From positions 1,694-65,693 of the forward strand of contig CAYVFG010000001.1 of NCBI GenBank assembly GCA_964450915.1: a stretch of 64,000 nucleotides of DNA, in the 5' to 3' direction. The notes under the pieces are model-generated. The model saw only the letters and a list, made by a program, of their open reading frames with translations. It made no database searches and had not been told where the DNA came from. Below are positions 48,819 through 59,621 of this stretch, in pieces (within the stretch, counting starts at the first letter, position 1; every line of letters begins with the position of its first letter). Origin of the DNA: an uncultured Candidatus Saccharibacteria bacterium (GTDB lineage: Bacteria > Patescibacteriota > Andersenbacteria > UBA10190). The position numbers and the translations under genes were made by a program.

Positions 48819-49454
48819 CTATCTCGGCGGAGGAACGGTTGGTCGTGAAGAAGGTGTCGGAAACACAAATTGTGAAGGAGTTGGCGAAGGCTTGAATGTT
48901 GGGGTAGTGGTAGGTGTTTGGCTTGGTGTTGGCTTAGGAGTGTTAGTTGGTTTTGAGGTAGGGCTTGGTGTTGGCGTCAATTTTGGTGTAGGGCTTGGAG
49001 TGGGAGAGGATTTGCAGAGTGGTAAGTCTAATATTTTTTGCGCCTTGATAAGTTCATATTGATCTTTCGCGAGGAGAGTTTCCAAATAATCTCTTTTTTC
49101 TTTCGCCTGCTGAAGCTTTTGATATGTTTGCTGAAGCTTAAGGTTATCAAACGGAACTGCATCATCTAGAATAACATAGAGAAGCTGAAGATCGTTGACG
49201 GCTTTATTCGCGATTGCCAGGCTATTGGTCGAATCTTTGATGTTAAGTTTTGCTAGATCGGCATCTTTCTTTGCCGCATTCTTTTCATCTTGAGTTGCGC
49301 ACTTTGCATTTGCAGCAGGTGCATTCGCAGGGCTGAACGTTTGCGTCGTAATATTTTTTCCGTATAAGCCTACTAGCACAAGAACCAAAACAACAATTAC
49401 TCCACCACCAATTATCAATACCTTTTTGTTCATCCATTGATTTTTATTTGCCAT
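48819..49454 (-). CDS. Membrane-anchored coiled-coil protein with Pro/Thr-rich low-complexity C-terminus
   Basis: N-terminal TM; [35 protein letters not shown]. Confidence 0.5.
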   Translation of the reverse strand: MANKNQWMNKKVLIIGGGVIVVLVLVLVGLYGKNITTQTFSPANAPAANAKCATQDEKNAAKKDADLAKLNIKDSTNSLAIANKAVNDLQLLYVILDDAVPFDNLKLQQTYQKLQQAKEKRDYLETLLAKDQYELIKAQKILDLPLCKSSPTPSPTPKLTPTPSPTSKPTNTPKPTPSQTPTTTPTFKPSPTPSQFVFPTPSSRPTVPPPR

Positions 49455-49500
49455 AGCCTGATCTTACCATGAAATTTGCTTCATGAAGTGGAAAACTCAA

Positions 49501-51000
49501 TTACGCGGCAAATCCGGGGAAGTAGTCGGTGATGATTTTTTTCTTCGGAATATCCATTTCTCGAATTGTTTTTTCCAGCGCCTGAACCATCAGCTGAGGG
49601 CCTGAAATATAAAACATGCGCTCTGAGAAATCTGGAATTTCATTTTGAATCATTGCAGAATCTATCATTCCAACCTCGCTCGTAATCGTATACACGGTAT
49701 TCACGCCATATTCCCGCGCTTTTTCTAAAATATCTACAAACGCAGCGTCTTGGATTGTTTTCAGAGAATACAATAGTACGATATCGCACGTTTTGTTCTC
49801 CTGAATAATATGCTCGATCATGCTAATATACGGCGTAATTCCAATTCCCCCTGCGATAAAAACTAATTTTTTATTCTCAAAATTTCTCGAGAGCGTAAAA
49901 TCCCCTCCAACTTGAGATGCAATAATTTCTTCGCCAACTTCTAAGTTTTTCAATTTGGTTTTATACGTGCTCGAATTGTCATAAAACTTTACAGCAATAG
50001 ACAGCCTATCGGATTTCGGAGCAGATAGAAGGCTGAAGTATCGCCTATTTCCCCGACTATCCACATGCGCATGCGGCAATGTCCATTCCATATATTGCCC
50101 CGCTGTAAAGGCAAGATGTTCTGCAGGCTTAAAAATAAATTGCAGCGTATCAGGTGTAAGCTGAATTTTTTGTTGCAGCGCAAGCACAAGACGGCTGCGA
50201 GGAGTCATAAAATATGCAACGATATTTCCAATACATAGCGCCTCTTCAGGAGTAAAATTTATTGGAGAAAAGCGCATTTGCTCCGTTGCAACAAGAAGCC
50301 CTACCAAGCTCGCATATACTAATTGAGGTCGCTTGCGAGAAGGCGCAGTGAGCGGTTCCGTTAACATCACCAAACCTAAAAACCACACGGGAGAATGAAA
50401 GAGCAGAACCTTAGCTATCGCTACAAACGAGGCAAAGAATGTCCCCTGAATCATAAATGCAATAGCAGATGCGACTACGTATACAGCAAAAAATGTATAA
50501 ACCATTCCTTCTCTCCTAATTCTTCGCAATAGCAGCAGACCGCCCCCCAGCACAAATGGCATCATAACAGGATTGCCCATCCACCACGTGGCAACGTGTT
50601 CGGGAGATAATAAAGAAATCCCAAGCACTCCGACCGCTGCTGGATTGAAGATATGCTGCTTTTCGATCGTCAAAAGATACTTCGACCCCATCGCGAATAT
50701 GCACGCAGCAGCGAGAAACAATGCATTGTGCGGAAACGCAACAGGAACCAGGCACGCAATAATAAGCGCGGTGATAAATACTGATTCCGTGTTCGTGGTT
50801 GCGCGAACAATTTTCGCAAACCCGTAATTTGCAATCCAAGAAACTATAACAGCAAACAGAGAATCAATAATAATATCCAACGGATTGTACGGAAGCCATC
50901 CCATAGCGCTAAACCCTGCTGCAAGCACAAGCAGCGCGATGAGATAATACAGCGTCAGCCGATACATCGTAATACTATTGAGAAGTTTATCGATGAACAT
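49501..51000 (-). CDS. Membrane-bound ferredoxin-NADP-reductase-like oxidoreductase (multi-TM N-domain + FAD/NAD-binding C-domain)
   Basis: RRYFSLLSAP (FAD RxYS motif), FIAGGIGITP (NAD GxGxxP). Confidence 0.6.
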   Translation of the reverse strand: MFIDKLLNSITMYRLTLYYLIALLVLAAGFSAMGWLPYNPLDIIIDSLFAVIVSWIANYGFAKIVRATTNTESVFITALIIACLVPVAFPHNALFLAAACIFAMGSKYLLTIEKQHIFNPAAVGVLGISLLSPEHVATWWMGNPVMMPFVLGGGLLLLRRIRREGMVYTFFAVYVVASAIAFMIQGTFFASFVAIAKVLLFHSPVWFLGLVMLTEPLTAPSRKRPQLVYASLVGLLVATEQMRFSPINFTPEEALCIGNIVAYFMTPRSRLVLALQQKIQLTPDTLQFIFKPAEHLAFTAGQYMEWTLPHAHVDSRGNRRYFSLLSAPKSDRLSIAVKFYDNSSTYKTKLKNLEVGEEIIASQVGGDFTLSRNFENKKLVFIAGGIGITPYISMIEHIIQENKTCDIVLLYSLKTIQDAAFVDILEKAREYGVNTVYTITSEVGMIDSAMIQNEIPDFSERMFYISGPQLMVQALEKTIREMDIPKKKIITDYFPGFAA

Positions 51001-51007
51001 AGAAAAG

Positions 51008-51514
51008 CTATGTGCGAGCTTGCTTTAGCGCATTGGCAAGCGACTGTTCAAACGCCTGGCTCGTAGCAGACGCCCCTGAAACTCCGCTCACCTTTTCGCT
51101 TTGCGCAGCAATTGCCTCGGACTGCAATATCGGCATCGCCTGCTGATTAATAAACTCGCTCGTTCTTTGATCGTTCGGATATTGCAAAAAATTCACCTGC
51201 GCAATCTTTCCGCCAGTTACTACCACCTGAATTTGCACGTTCCCATAAAACGCGTCCGCGACCGTTCCGGTAAATGTTCCGTCTTTATATTGAGACGCTC
51301 GCGGAGTTGGGGTCGGCGTAGCGACTGAATTATTCGTAGCAACAGGTGTGGGAAGCGAAGCTATGGCAGTGGTGTTTGGAACAATGGCAGTACCCGTTTT
51401 TTGATCGCCACCGAACATATTTTTAATAAAAACAAGGGCGAAAAACGCAGTCAGCACAGTCGTAATTTGGACATACTTTCTAAACTTCATGAATGCAGTA
51501 TAGCAATAATTCAT
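51008..51514 (-). CDS. FMN-binding domain protein
   Basis: DGTFTGTVADAFYGNVQIQVVVTGGKI typical of FMN_bind domains; adjacent to the reductase. Confidence 0.55.
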   Translation of the reverse strand: MNYCYTAFMKFRKYVQITTVLTAFFALVFIKNMFGGDQKTGTAIVPNTTAIASLPTPVATNNSVATPTPTPRASQYKDGTFTGTVADAFYGNVQIQVVVTGGKIAQVNFLQYPNDQRTSEFINQQAMPILQSEAIAAQSEKVSGVSGASATSQAFEQSLANALKQART

Positions 51515-51551
51515 GACACAAAGATGAAGTTTCTATATAATCAGCCATACT

Positions 51552-52661
51552 ATGCGTCGATTATTCTTTGTCCTCATCCCAGCTGCCACGCTAATCGTGC
51601 TCGTATCTCCGATTGCAATCATATCTGCAAATCCGCAGCTCGCATCAGATATTGCTGATAACATTGCGCGCCCCCTCATTGGGGATGCAGCGGTCATCTA
51701 TCTTGAAAAAATATTTTTCAATACATCAGATGCGATCAAAAAAATTACCTACCACGGGGCTCTTCCCGCCTCTGCAACATCCCAAACAGATGTAAGCAAT
51801 ACACACAATACAAACACGCGTCTGGATCTTGCTCCGCTCCCAGTTCCGGCACATATGCCCGCTATGCCCTATGAAGGAGTATGGAAAAAAGTCATTCTCG
51901 ACCAATTTCCAAACGAAGAACCTGTCGCCACAACATTTATCCGTCCGGATGCTGACAGGCCGTATGCGCTCGTAACGATTATTCAAATGGATATAAAAAA
52001 GCTATCGCTCGGCATTGTTGCAGGCATAAAAGAACCGGGCGAATCATTCGGACATCCGGGAACCGGCAGAATTCCTCAAGATAGGATCCAACACGACAAT
52101 GTAATCGGCGCATTTGACGGGGGATTCTTATATAATGACGGACAATACGGGATGATCGCAGACGGAATCACGTATGCGCCCCTCAAGCAAAACATTGCAA
52201 CCCTTGTAGCACGAACAAATGGAGAACTTAGCATCATGAACTACACTGGCCAAGACCTCGGAAATAATATCGCATTCGTACGGCAGAATTGCCCCGTTTT
52301 AATCGAGAACGGCAACCTTTCAGTCACCGATCCGAAAAATAAAGCGCAGTGGGGGAGAACGCTTACCTCACAAACGTATACATGGCGTTCCGGAATCGGT
52401 ATTACAAGTACGGGCAATCTTCTGTATGCGGGAGGAAACAATCTCACGCCCGCAACACTGGCATATGCCCTTAAAGCCGCAGGAGCAGTAAATGCGATGC
52501 AGCTCGATATTAACCCTGCGTGGGTATCGTTCAACTTTTTTACCAAGAATCCTGCAACAGGAATCCTGACATCTATCCCCTTTATGAAAGATGCTCATGA
52601 CAGATCAAAACAGTACATACATGGCCACAATAAGGACTTTTTCTACTTGTATAAAAAATAG
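51552..52661 (+). CDS. Phosphodiester glycosidase-family (DUF2233-like) secreted protein
   Basis: Signal peptide; VIGAFDGGF...GIGITSTGNLLYAGG pattern. Confidence 0.4.
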   Translation: MRRLFFVLIPAATLIVLVSPIAIISANPQLASDIADNIARPLIGDAAVIYLEKIFFNTSDAIKKITYHGALPASATSQTDVSNTHNTNTRLDLAPLPVPAHMPAMPYEGVWKKVILDQFPNEEPVATTFIRPDADRPYALVTIIQMDIKKLSLGIVAGIKEPGESFGHPGTGRIPQDRIQHDNVIGAFDGGFLYNDGQYGMIADGITYAPLKQNIATLVARTNGELSIMNYTGQDLGNNIAFVRQNCPVLIENGNLSVTDPKNKAQWGRTLTSQTYTWRSGIGITSTGNLLYAGGNNLTPATLAYALKAAGAVNAMQLDINPAWVSFNFFTKNPATGILTSIPFMKDAHDRSKQYIHGHNKDFFYLYKK

Positions 52662-52777
52662 TGCCACATTTTTTTGACATATCTTAGTACGGATCTATAC
52701 TGAAGAACGTTGACCCCCGCCTGCCGATACCGACGACGAAGGCCACAGCATTTATATATTAATAACATTCTTTTCAT

Positions 52778-54058
52778 ATGATCGAGTTATTCGCTGCAAT
52801 TCTTTTTATTGCAGGCTATGGAATGATAACAATGGAACAAAAGCTGTTCGTGAGCAAAGCTGCAACAGCAACACTTCTTGCCGTATTCCTTTGGGTTCTT
52901 GCTGCCCTAACGATTCCTATGCAGTCGTTTAATCAACAAATAACTCAAACAGGGTCTGATTTGTTTGGCTTGCTCGTATTTTTACTTGCCGCAATGACAT
53001 TGGTAGAAATTCTTATCCACTACCACGCATTCGACTTGCTCGAATCCTGGCTGCGTTCCATTAACTTTTCTATGCGAAACCTTGCATGGGTGCTCCTTGG
53101 AATTACCTATTTTGCCTCCATGTTTATTGCCAATCTCACGATCACCATCATTATGATTCAGATTGCGAGAAGATTGTTCCCGAAAGAACTTCTTATCCCC
53201 GTTTCAATTGCAATCGTAATTGCCTCGAATACGGGCGGATCCACATCCCCTATCGGAGACTTGAATACGATCATGCTGTGGTTTGCGCATAAATTTACCG
53301 CACTCCAAATTCTATCCCTTGGCTTTCTCCCGAGTCTTGCCACGACATGCGTAGCAGGGGCCCTGTTATTCAGAAAGATATCTGCCAAAGATTTTGTTAC
53401 AGCTAGCAACGAAGCGCCGATGGCAAAGATTTCACGATCGGATACTGCAATTATTATTGCCTCTTTGATTGCATTCCTCATGCCCCTGGCAGCATCTTTA
53501 TTCAATATCCCCGCGTATATGGGAATCATCTTCGGACTTGGAATTGTATGGGTCATGATTGATTTCGCAAAACGCGTGCGCCCACAGACAACGCATCTGC
53601 AAGCAAAGATTCAAAATTTCATGCAACGCAGCGATATTGAAAGTATTCAATTCTTTATCGGAATATTGCTATCAGTAGGAGCATTGACAGCTCTTGGAGT
53701 TCTGCAAACTATTACAAATTCCATCTTAGGCCAGTTCCCAGACACGATCAGGACCGTTGAAGCGTTTATCGGTCTTGGGTTCGCATCCGCAATCGTGGAC
53801 AATATTCCCCTTACTGCAGCTGCCATCAACGCTCTTCCGAATGTATCCCCAAGCTTATGGGTACTCCTTGCCCTATGCGTAACTTCGGGAGGATCTCTTC
53901 TCATCGTAGGATCAGCATCGGGCGTGGTCGCGATGGGTATGGTCAAAGAACTTTCATTTGGAAAATATTTCAAAATAGGAACAGTCCCAGCGCTTCTTGG
54001 ATTCACTGCGGGAATACTCGTATGGGTATTAGAGCAATACGCTGGCGGACTACTATAA
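52778..54058 (+). CDS. ArsB/NhaD/CitMHS-superfamily anion permease
   Basis: ~12 TM helices with internal repeat typical of the ion-transporter superfamily. Confidence 0.5.
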   Translation: MIELFAAILFIAGYGMITMEQKLFVSKAATATLLAVFLWVLAALTIPMQSFNQQITQTGSDLFGLLVFLLAAMTLVEILIHYHAFDLLESWLRSINFSMRNLAWVLLGITYFASMFIANLTITIIMIQIARRLFPKELLIPVSIAIVIASNTGGSTSPIGDLNTIMLWFAHKFTALQILSLGFLPSLATTCVAGALLFRKISAKDFVTASNEAPMAKISRSDTAIIIASLIAFLMPLAASLFNIPAYMGIIFGLGIVWVMIDFAKRVRPQTTHLQAKIQNFMQRSDIESIQFFIGILLSVGALTALGVLQTITNSILGQFPDTIRTVEAFIGLGFASAIVDNIPLTAAAINALPNVSPSLWVLLALCVTSGGSLLIVGSASGVVAMGMVKELSFGKYFKIGTVPALLGFTAGILVWVLEQYAGGLL

Positions 54059-54059
54059 A

Positions 54060-54605
54060 CTACGCACGACCATAAAAATCTTGGAGACGATGATTGTCCG
54101 CTTCATCTGACGGATGTTCAGGGTCGGTATGTTGCCAAATTTCTGCAACAACACCCCAGCCGCCGAGCCCCACTAAGCGATGCCGCGTACCTTGCGGAAT
54201 CTGTATCAAGTCGCCTGCTTGATAGGTAACCGCTTCAGGTTGATCATCTGTTTCGGAAAGCGGATATGCCACAGGACCTTCTACAACCTTATGCCATTCC
54301 GCCCGACGGTCATGATACTGCCATGACAGTTGTTGCAATGGCCCTACAACAAGAATCTTTGGACTTAATTTTGCCTCTTGTTTCGATAATGCTTCTTGGT
54401 GATCTTTGAAAAACTCTTCAGTGAACTTTTTGGTTTGGTCATCTGCAATTACAAAATACCCGCCCCATTGTTTCTCAAAATTCCGATCTGCAATTACAAA
54501 ACCTCTTTCTTCCAGCATTGCTTCAATGCGCTGCTCCGTATCCATTTTCTCTTGCTGGTCTAAAACCGGTAAACGTGGCTCTTGTTTTGGAAGTTTTTCA
54601 TTCAT
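54060..54605 (-). CDS. Cupin-domain protein
   Basis: WHKVVEGPVAY...GDLIQIPQGTRHRL cupin motifs. Confidence 0.45.
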   Translation of the reverse strand: MNEKLPKQEPRLPVLDQQEKMDTEQRIEAMLEERGFVIADRNFEKQWGGYFVIADDQTKKFTEEFFKDHQEALSKQEAKLSPKILVVGPLQQLSWQYHDRRAEWHKVVEGPVAYPLSETDDQPEAVTYQAGDLIQIPQGTRHRLVGLGGWGVVAEIWQHTDPEHPSDEADNHRLQDFYGRA

Positions 54606-54618
54606 ACAACATACTATA

Positions 54619-56382
54619 TCAGGGTTTTTTAGTATCGCCATGCATCAGCATTTCTACCGCATGTTGCATGGAGCCTGCAAGCGTTACTGCTCCTCCGCCC
54701 ACAAAGAAAATCTCGTCCGCATCTTCTATCGTATTCAGCCGATGAGCAATAATAACCTTGGTAGTTTCTTTCGGGAGTTTGCGCAAAATATTCTCAAGCA
54801 GCTGCTCGGTTACAGTATCAATATTCGCAGTTGCTTCATCTAAAATCAGAAGCTTTGGATGCCTGAGCACCGCGCGCATAAATGCGATAAGCTGCTTCTG
54901 TCCCAAAGAAATGGATTCTCCGCTCGACATCACTTTGGTTGCAAGGCCGTCTTCGAACCGTGCCAATAATTCCGACAGCCCTTCTTGCTCTAATAATACC
55001 TGCAGCTGATCGTTCGTATATTCAAAGTAAACATCGTTTCCATATACGATATTATCTCGAACCGTGCCTGTGAACAGGAATGGATCCTGCAGAATAAACC
55101 CGATAATAGCTGCGCGCCGGGCATCTTCATACGACCGAATGTCCATACCATCAAGAAAAACCTCTCCTTTCGTAGGGTCATACAGCCGCGCCATAAGCGA
55201 TGCCGTAGTCGTCTTCCCTCCGCCCGTCGGCCCCACAAGAGCGTATGTTTTTCCTTTTTCGAGAACAAGCGAAATATCTTTCAAGACTTCCTTCCCTGCC
55301 GCGTACGTAAATGAAACACTCTTGAATTCCAAAAGATTCCCCGATCCATCTTTTGTTTTGCCAGGCAGCGTCTTCATATCGGATTCCATACCGAGGACTT
55401 CGGAGATACGGTCGAGCCCTGCGAGAGCCAGCTGCCACGAAGACCAAATTTGCGCCAACTGACGAAGCGGCAAGTAGAAATTTTGGACATAGAGCAAGAA
55501 TGCTACAAGCAGTCCGATAGAAAGCGAGCCCTGGATTATAAAATATACGCCGGCCAAAAGCACGAGCAGCTGCGCAATCTGGCTTGCAAACCCATAAATA
55601 GGAGTTGCGATATTGCTTGCAACTCCGGCCTTCACCGATGCGTTGTAATTTTCCTCATTTACCAATTTAAATTTTTCTTGAAAATAATCCTGCCGATTAA
55701 ACGCGGCGATAATTCTAAAGTTTGTAATGCTTTCTTGTATTTCAGCGCTGAGCGCCCCGAGGGTTTGCAAGCTCCGCACCGTAGAACGGCTCACATATCC
55801 GCTTATCAGGCGAGTAACAATCGCAATGCCGATCGCAGGAACGAGCGCCACCAAGCCCAATTGAATATTGAGAGATAGCAAGAATATGCCCGCACCAACA
55901 ATAAGGAATAAATTTCCCAAAAATTGCACGAGCGCCTGAGCGAAAAAGTTATTTAATTTTTCCGTATCGCTGTTGATGCGAGAAATAATATCTCCTGCCG
56001 TATTCTGATTGAAGAATGCGACGGGCAACGACTGCAGCTTGCTAAATAACGTATTCCGCAGCTGAAATAAAACTCTGCGCCCCACCTTGCCCATAGTAAC
56101 GATCTGCGTGTAGTTTGCGCCAAGCGCCACAATGTACACCGCCCCCAACAGCGCCGTTCGCATAATAAGCCCCATCATGTCGTGCTGCTTGATTGCCTCG
56201 TCGATTGTTTTTGCAATGATGATCGGCCCTGCCAGTGTTGCCACAGAGTTGATAAACATCATGCCGAGCGCAATAGCCACATTGCGCTTTTCCGGGGCCA
56301 TCAACGGCACAAGCCGCCGAATCGCCAGCATCAACGGATTCTTCTTTTCGTATTGATCAGTAGTTTTAAGCTTGTAATTCAT
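54619..56382 (-). CDS. ABC exporter, fused permease/ATPase (MsbA-like), subunit 1 of a tandem pair
   Basis: 6-TM domain + GPTGGGKTT Walker A, SGESISLGQKQL signature, ILDEATANID. Confidence 0.85.
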   Translation of the reverse strand: MNYKLKTTDQYEKKNPLMLAIRRLVPLMAPEKRNVAIALGMMFINSVATLAGPIIIAKTIDEAIKQHDMMGLIMRTALLGAVYIVALGANYTQIVTMGKVGRRVLFQLRNTLFSKLQSLPVAFFNQNTAGDIISRINSDTEKLNNFFAQALVQFLGNLFLIVGAGIFLLSLNIQLGLVALVPAIGIAIVTRLISGYVSRSTVRSLQTLGALSAEIQESITNFRIIAAFNRQDYFQEKFKLVNEENYNASVKAGVASNIATPIYGFASQIAQLLVLLAGVYFIIQGSLSIGLLVAFLLYVQNFYLPLRQLAQIWSSWQLALAGLDRISEVLGMESDMKTLPGKTKDGSGNLLEFKSVSFTYAAGKEVLKDISLVLEKGKTYALVGPTGGGKTTTASLMARLYDPTKGEVFLDGMDIRSYEDARRAAIIGFILQDPFLFTGTVRDNIVYGNDVYFEYTNDQLQVLLEQEGLSELLARFEDGLATKVMSSGESISLGQKQLIAFMRAVLRHPKLLILDEATANIDTVTEQLLENILRKLPKETTKVIIAHRLNTIEDADEIFFVGGGAVTLAGSMQHAVEMLMHGDTKKP

Positions 56383-58093
56383 AGGCGTTGATTGATTGTT
56401 GAGAATCGTAAATCTGAACGTATTCTGGAGATGTTTTCATCAGCTCCTGGTGAGTTCCTTTGGCAAGCAGCTCTCCTTCCATCAATAAAATAACCTGATC
56501 ATAATTCTCAATTGGAGCAATTTTTTGGCTGATAGAAAGCAATGTAATATTCGGATAATTTTTTTCTATATTTCGAACAATGCGCTGCTCCGTATCGATA
56601 TCAACTCGGGCAGTGAAATCATCAAGCACCAAAATACTTGGATTTTGTGCCAATGCTCGAGCAAGCATGACGCGCTGTTTCTGGCCGCCCGATAAACTTG
56701 TCCCCCGCTCAGACACTATAGTATTAAGTCCGTCCGGGAGCGTAGCAATAAAGTCCGCGATCTCTGCAGTTTGCATCGCACGTTCCAAATCATCGCCTTT
56801 AACATCGTCCGTAAATGCGATATTTTCTTTGAGGCTCAAATTAAACAAGATGCTATCTTGAAACACAAAACCGATCTGGCGGCGAAGCGCGTGCTGGTCG
56901 TAATCCGCAGCCGGAACATCGTCGAATGTAATAACTCCGGCTTCAGGCTGCAGCAATCCGGTAATCACATAGAGCAGTTGCGTTTTCCCCGCAGCGGTAG
57001 GCCCTACAATCGCAGTCTTTTTACCCGCACCGACATCAAACGAAATATCATCTAAAACGAGCTTACCGTTATGCTTGACGGTAACATTCTGCACTGCAAT
57101 ATCGCCCCGTATTTTCTTAGATACCGCCCCCGAAGCTTTTCGAGTCGGCGCATCCAACACTTCCGCAATGCGTTGGTATGAAGCAGACGACATTGCAATC
57201 ATATTCGAGGTAAAGCCTAATATGATGATCGGAAACACAAGAATAGCTAAGTACCCGTTAAACGCGGTAAAGTCTCCGAGCGACATAGTCCCGGCGATCA
57301 CAAACCGGCCGCCAAGACCCAAAATAATAATCGTTGCCAGATTCGTCGCAAACGTAATAACTGGAATTAATGTTGCGAACATCTTCAGAATATTTAAACT
57401 GATATTTTTTGCATTATCGGCAGCATCGAAAAACTTTTTGCTTTCCACATGCTGGGCATTCAACAAGCGAACAAGCGATGCAGCGAAGATGCTTTCCTGA
57501 ATTACCTTGTTCAGCCAATCTAACGCCTCTTGCCCGATCTTGAACAGGTGCCGAACGCGACGAAGGACAAAATAAAACGTTACCACGATAATGGGGATGA
57601 TAATCATGACTGCCGACGCTAATCGCCAGTTCGTTATAAAGAGCAATGCGCTGGCGCCGATAATCAAAAAGATGGAAGAAATGATCGATGGAATTGCCTG
57701 CGATACGAACATTTTCACCGCGTCGACGTCGCTCGTTACGTTTGTGAGAAGCTTTGCAGATGTCACGCTTTGGATATACATGTAATCATGCTTGGCAATC
57801 GTCTCCACGAGCTGCTTTCGCAAATCGCGTGCAACGCGCTCCGATGCAATAACCTGCACATATATCTGCAAAAAAGTGAACACGAAAATACCGAGCGCCA
57901 CTGCGCAAAACACCCAGAAGATAAACGAGACATTGAACGTTCCATGAGAAAATTGGTCGATGCCATACGCAACGATTTTCGGTATCGCCAAATTAAGCGC
58001 GTTCGCGCCAACAGTCATTGCAACAAGTCCGGCGACAAGCCCTCTGTAAGGGCCCAGTAGGCTCATGAGATTTCGCTTTGGATTATCAGGCAT
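56366..58093 (-). CDS. ABC exporter, fused permease/ATPase, subunit 2 of the tandem pair
   Basis: GPTAAGKTQ Walker A, LSGGQKQRVMLARAL, LVLDDFTARVD; overlaps downstream partner by 17 nt. Confidence 0.85.
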   Translation of the reverse strand: MPDNPKRNLMSLLGPYRGLVAGLVAMTVGANALNLAIPKIVAYGIDQFSHGTFNVSFIFWVFCAVALGIFVFTFLQIYVQVIASERVARDLRKQLVETIAKHDYMYIQSVTSAKLLTNVTSDVDAVKMFVSQAIPSIISSIFLIIGASALLFITNWRLASAVMIIIPIIVVTFYFVLRRVRHLFKIGQEALDWLNKVIQESIFAASLVRLLNAQHVESKKFFDAADNAKNISLNILKMFATLIPVITFATNLATIIILGLGGRFVIAGTMSLGDFTAFNGYLAILVFPIIILGFTSNMIAMSSASYQRIAEVLDAPTRKASGAVSKKIRGDIAVQNVTVKHNGKLVLDDISFDVGAGKKTAIVGPTAAGKTQLLYVITGLLQPEAGVITFDDVPAADYDQHALRRQIGFVFQDSILFNLSLKENIAFTDDVKGDDLERAMQTAEIADFIATLPDGLNTIVSERGTSLSGGQKQRVMLARALAQNPSILVLDDFTARVDIDTEQRIVRNIEKNYPNITLLSISQKIAPIENYDQVILLMEGELLAKGTHQELMKTSPEYVQIYDSQQSINAYELQA

Positions 58094-58143
58094 ATGCAGC
58101 CTCCAGTATGCCAGATTTTAGTATGTTGTGTACACTTATTTCT

Positions 58144-59565
58144 ATGAAATCCCCCTGGATTATCGTCATACTTGCTGCCATCCTCTATGGCGCAATCTGC
58201 TGGATACAGTATGCAAATCTGCGAAACGGCATCGACTTGGGGACCTATACTCAAATTTTATACAATATTTCTTCATTCCATGCATTTCCTCCGTTCAATT
58301 CCATACTAGGAGAAAGCGCCTGGGGCGATCATGCGCACTTTATCATGATTGTACTAGCCCCATTATTCGCGCTGTATCCGCACGATATAACGCCGATCAT
58401 TCTGCAAATTCTCGCCATCGCAACGTCTGGGTGGGCATTGTGCGATATTGCATACCGAAGATTCAAAAACATATTTTTTGCATACGCAATACTCATTGCG
58501 TATCTGCTCTTTTTCGGAATTCAATATGCGCTAAGCTTTGACATTCACGCGAACGTGTTCACATGCGCATTTCTCGCATGGCTATTTTGGGCATATGAAA
58601 CGGATAAGAAAAAAACGTACTGGATCCTTTTCGCACTAACATTATTAACGCGCGAAGATGCGGCGCTATTCACCGGAGCGTTTGGATTTTACGTAGCGGC
58701 CGTATCGCTATTCCCTGCCCCGTATGGCCGAAACCGCGGCCTCGGCATTATGACGCTATGCTTCTCTATCGCATATTTTTTAGTAACAACGTACTCCATT
58801 ATGCCGGCTCTCCAAGAAAACCATACGGCACTGGCATATTTTGATATCGATAAGCGAATATTCTTCCACCCTGTAAAACTCTTTGAAAATATGTTCGATG
58901 ATTCTGTAAAAGTGCGAACGTTTACCAATTCATTTGGATCATTTAGCTACCTGCCCTTGTTTTCACCATTCTCATACCTGGCGACAGCTCCAAACTTCAT
59001 CGCACGCTTTCTATCCGGCGAACAGCAGCGCTGGGGAATGAAATTGCACTATAGCGCCAGTCTGGCATCTATCCTTGCGTACGGAAGCATATTGGGAACA
59101 GCCACAATCATGCGAATTGCGCGGCGCATACCCGTACTTGCGACCAAAGAAGGCTACATACTGATCATCGCGAGTATCGCACTCCTGTACAGCACATACG
59201 TCGTATCGCTTCGCGACGTCGATTTACCGATCCATCAATTTTTCACTCAAACAAATACTGCCATTACCCCCGACGCACTTTCAATGCGTTCGCGCATTGA
59301 AAAAATCCAACAGCAAATCCCAGAACAAGATAGTATCGCGACAATCAGTTCGTTTGTCCCGATATTCGCAACAAGAGAAACAGTGAACTACATCGACAGC
59401 ACTACAAACTTTTCAGCAGACTGGATCATTGTTTCCAACCAATTTACTTCGTGGCCATTATCTCGAAAAGAAATAAACACGGCAATACACAATCTTAAGC
59501 AAAATCCGGACTACGCGCTACTAGATGATACAGGCAATTTGTTTGTATTTAAGAAAAATAAATAA
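58144..59565 (+). CDS. DUF2079-like polytopic membrane protein
   Basis: Many TM helices, pattern resembles predicted membrane glycosyltransferase-like DUF2079. Confidence 0.4.
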   Translation: MKSPWIIVILAAILYGAICWIQYANLRNGIDLGTYTQILYNISSFHAFPPFNSILGESAWGDHAHFIMIVLAPLFALYPHDITPIILQILAIATSGWALCDIAYRRFKNIFFAYAILIAYLLFFGIQYALSFDIHANVFTCAFLAWLFWAYETDKKKTYWILFALTLLTREDAALFTGAFGFYVAAVSLFPAPYGRNRGLGIMTLCFSIAYFLVTTYSIMPALQENHTALAYFDIDKRIFFHPVKLFENMFDDSVKVRTFTNSFGSFSYLPLFSPFSYLATAPNFIARFLSGEQQRWGMKLHYSASLASILAYGSILGTATIMRIARRIPVLATKEGYILIIASIALLYSTYVVSLRDVDLPIHQFFTQTNTAITPDALSMRSRIEKIQQQIPEQDSIATISSFVPIFATRETVNYIDSTTNFSADWIIVSNQFTSWPLSRKEINTAIHNLKQNPDYALLDDTGNLFVFKKNK

Positions 59566-59621
59566 AAAAATATTGCGCACAAACTGCACGCAATACAAAG
59601 ACTCAAATGAACTACATACTA

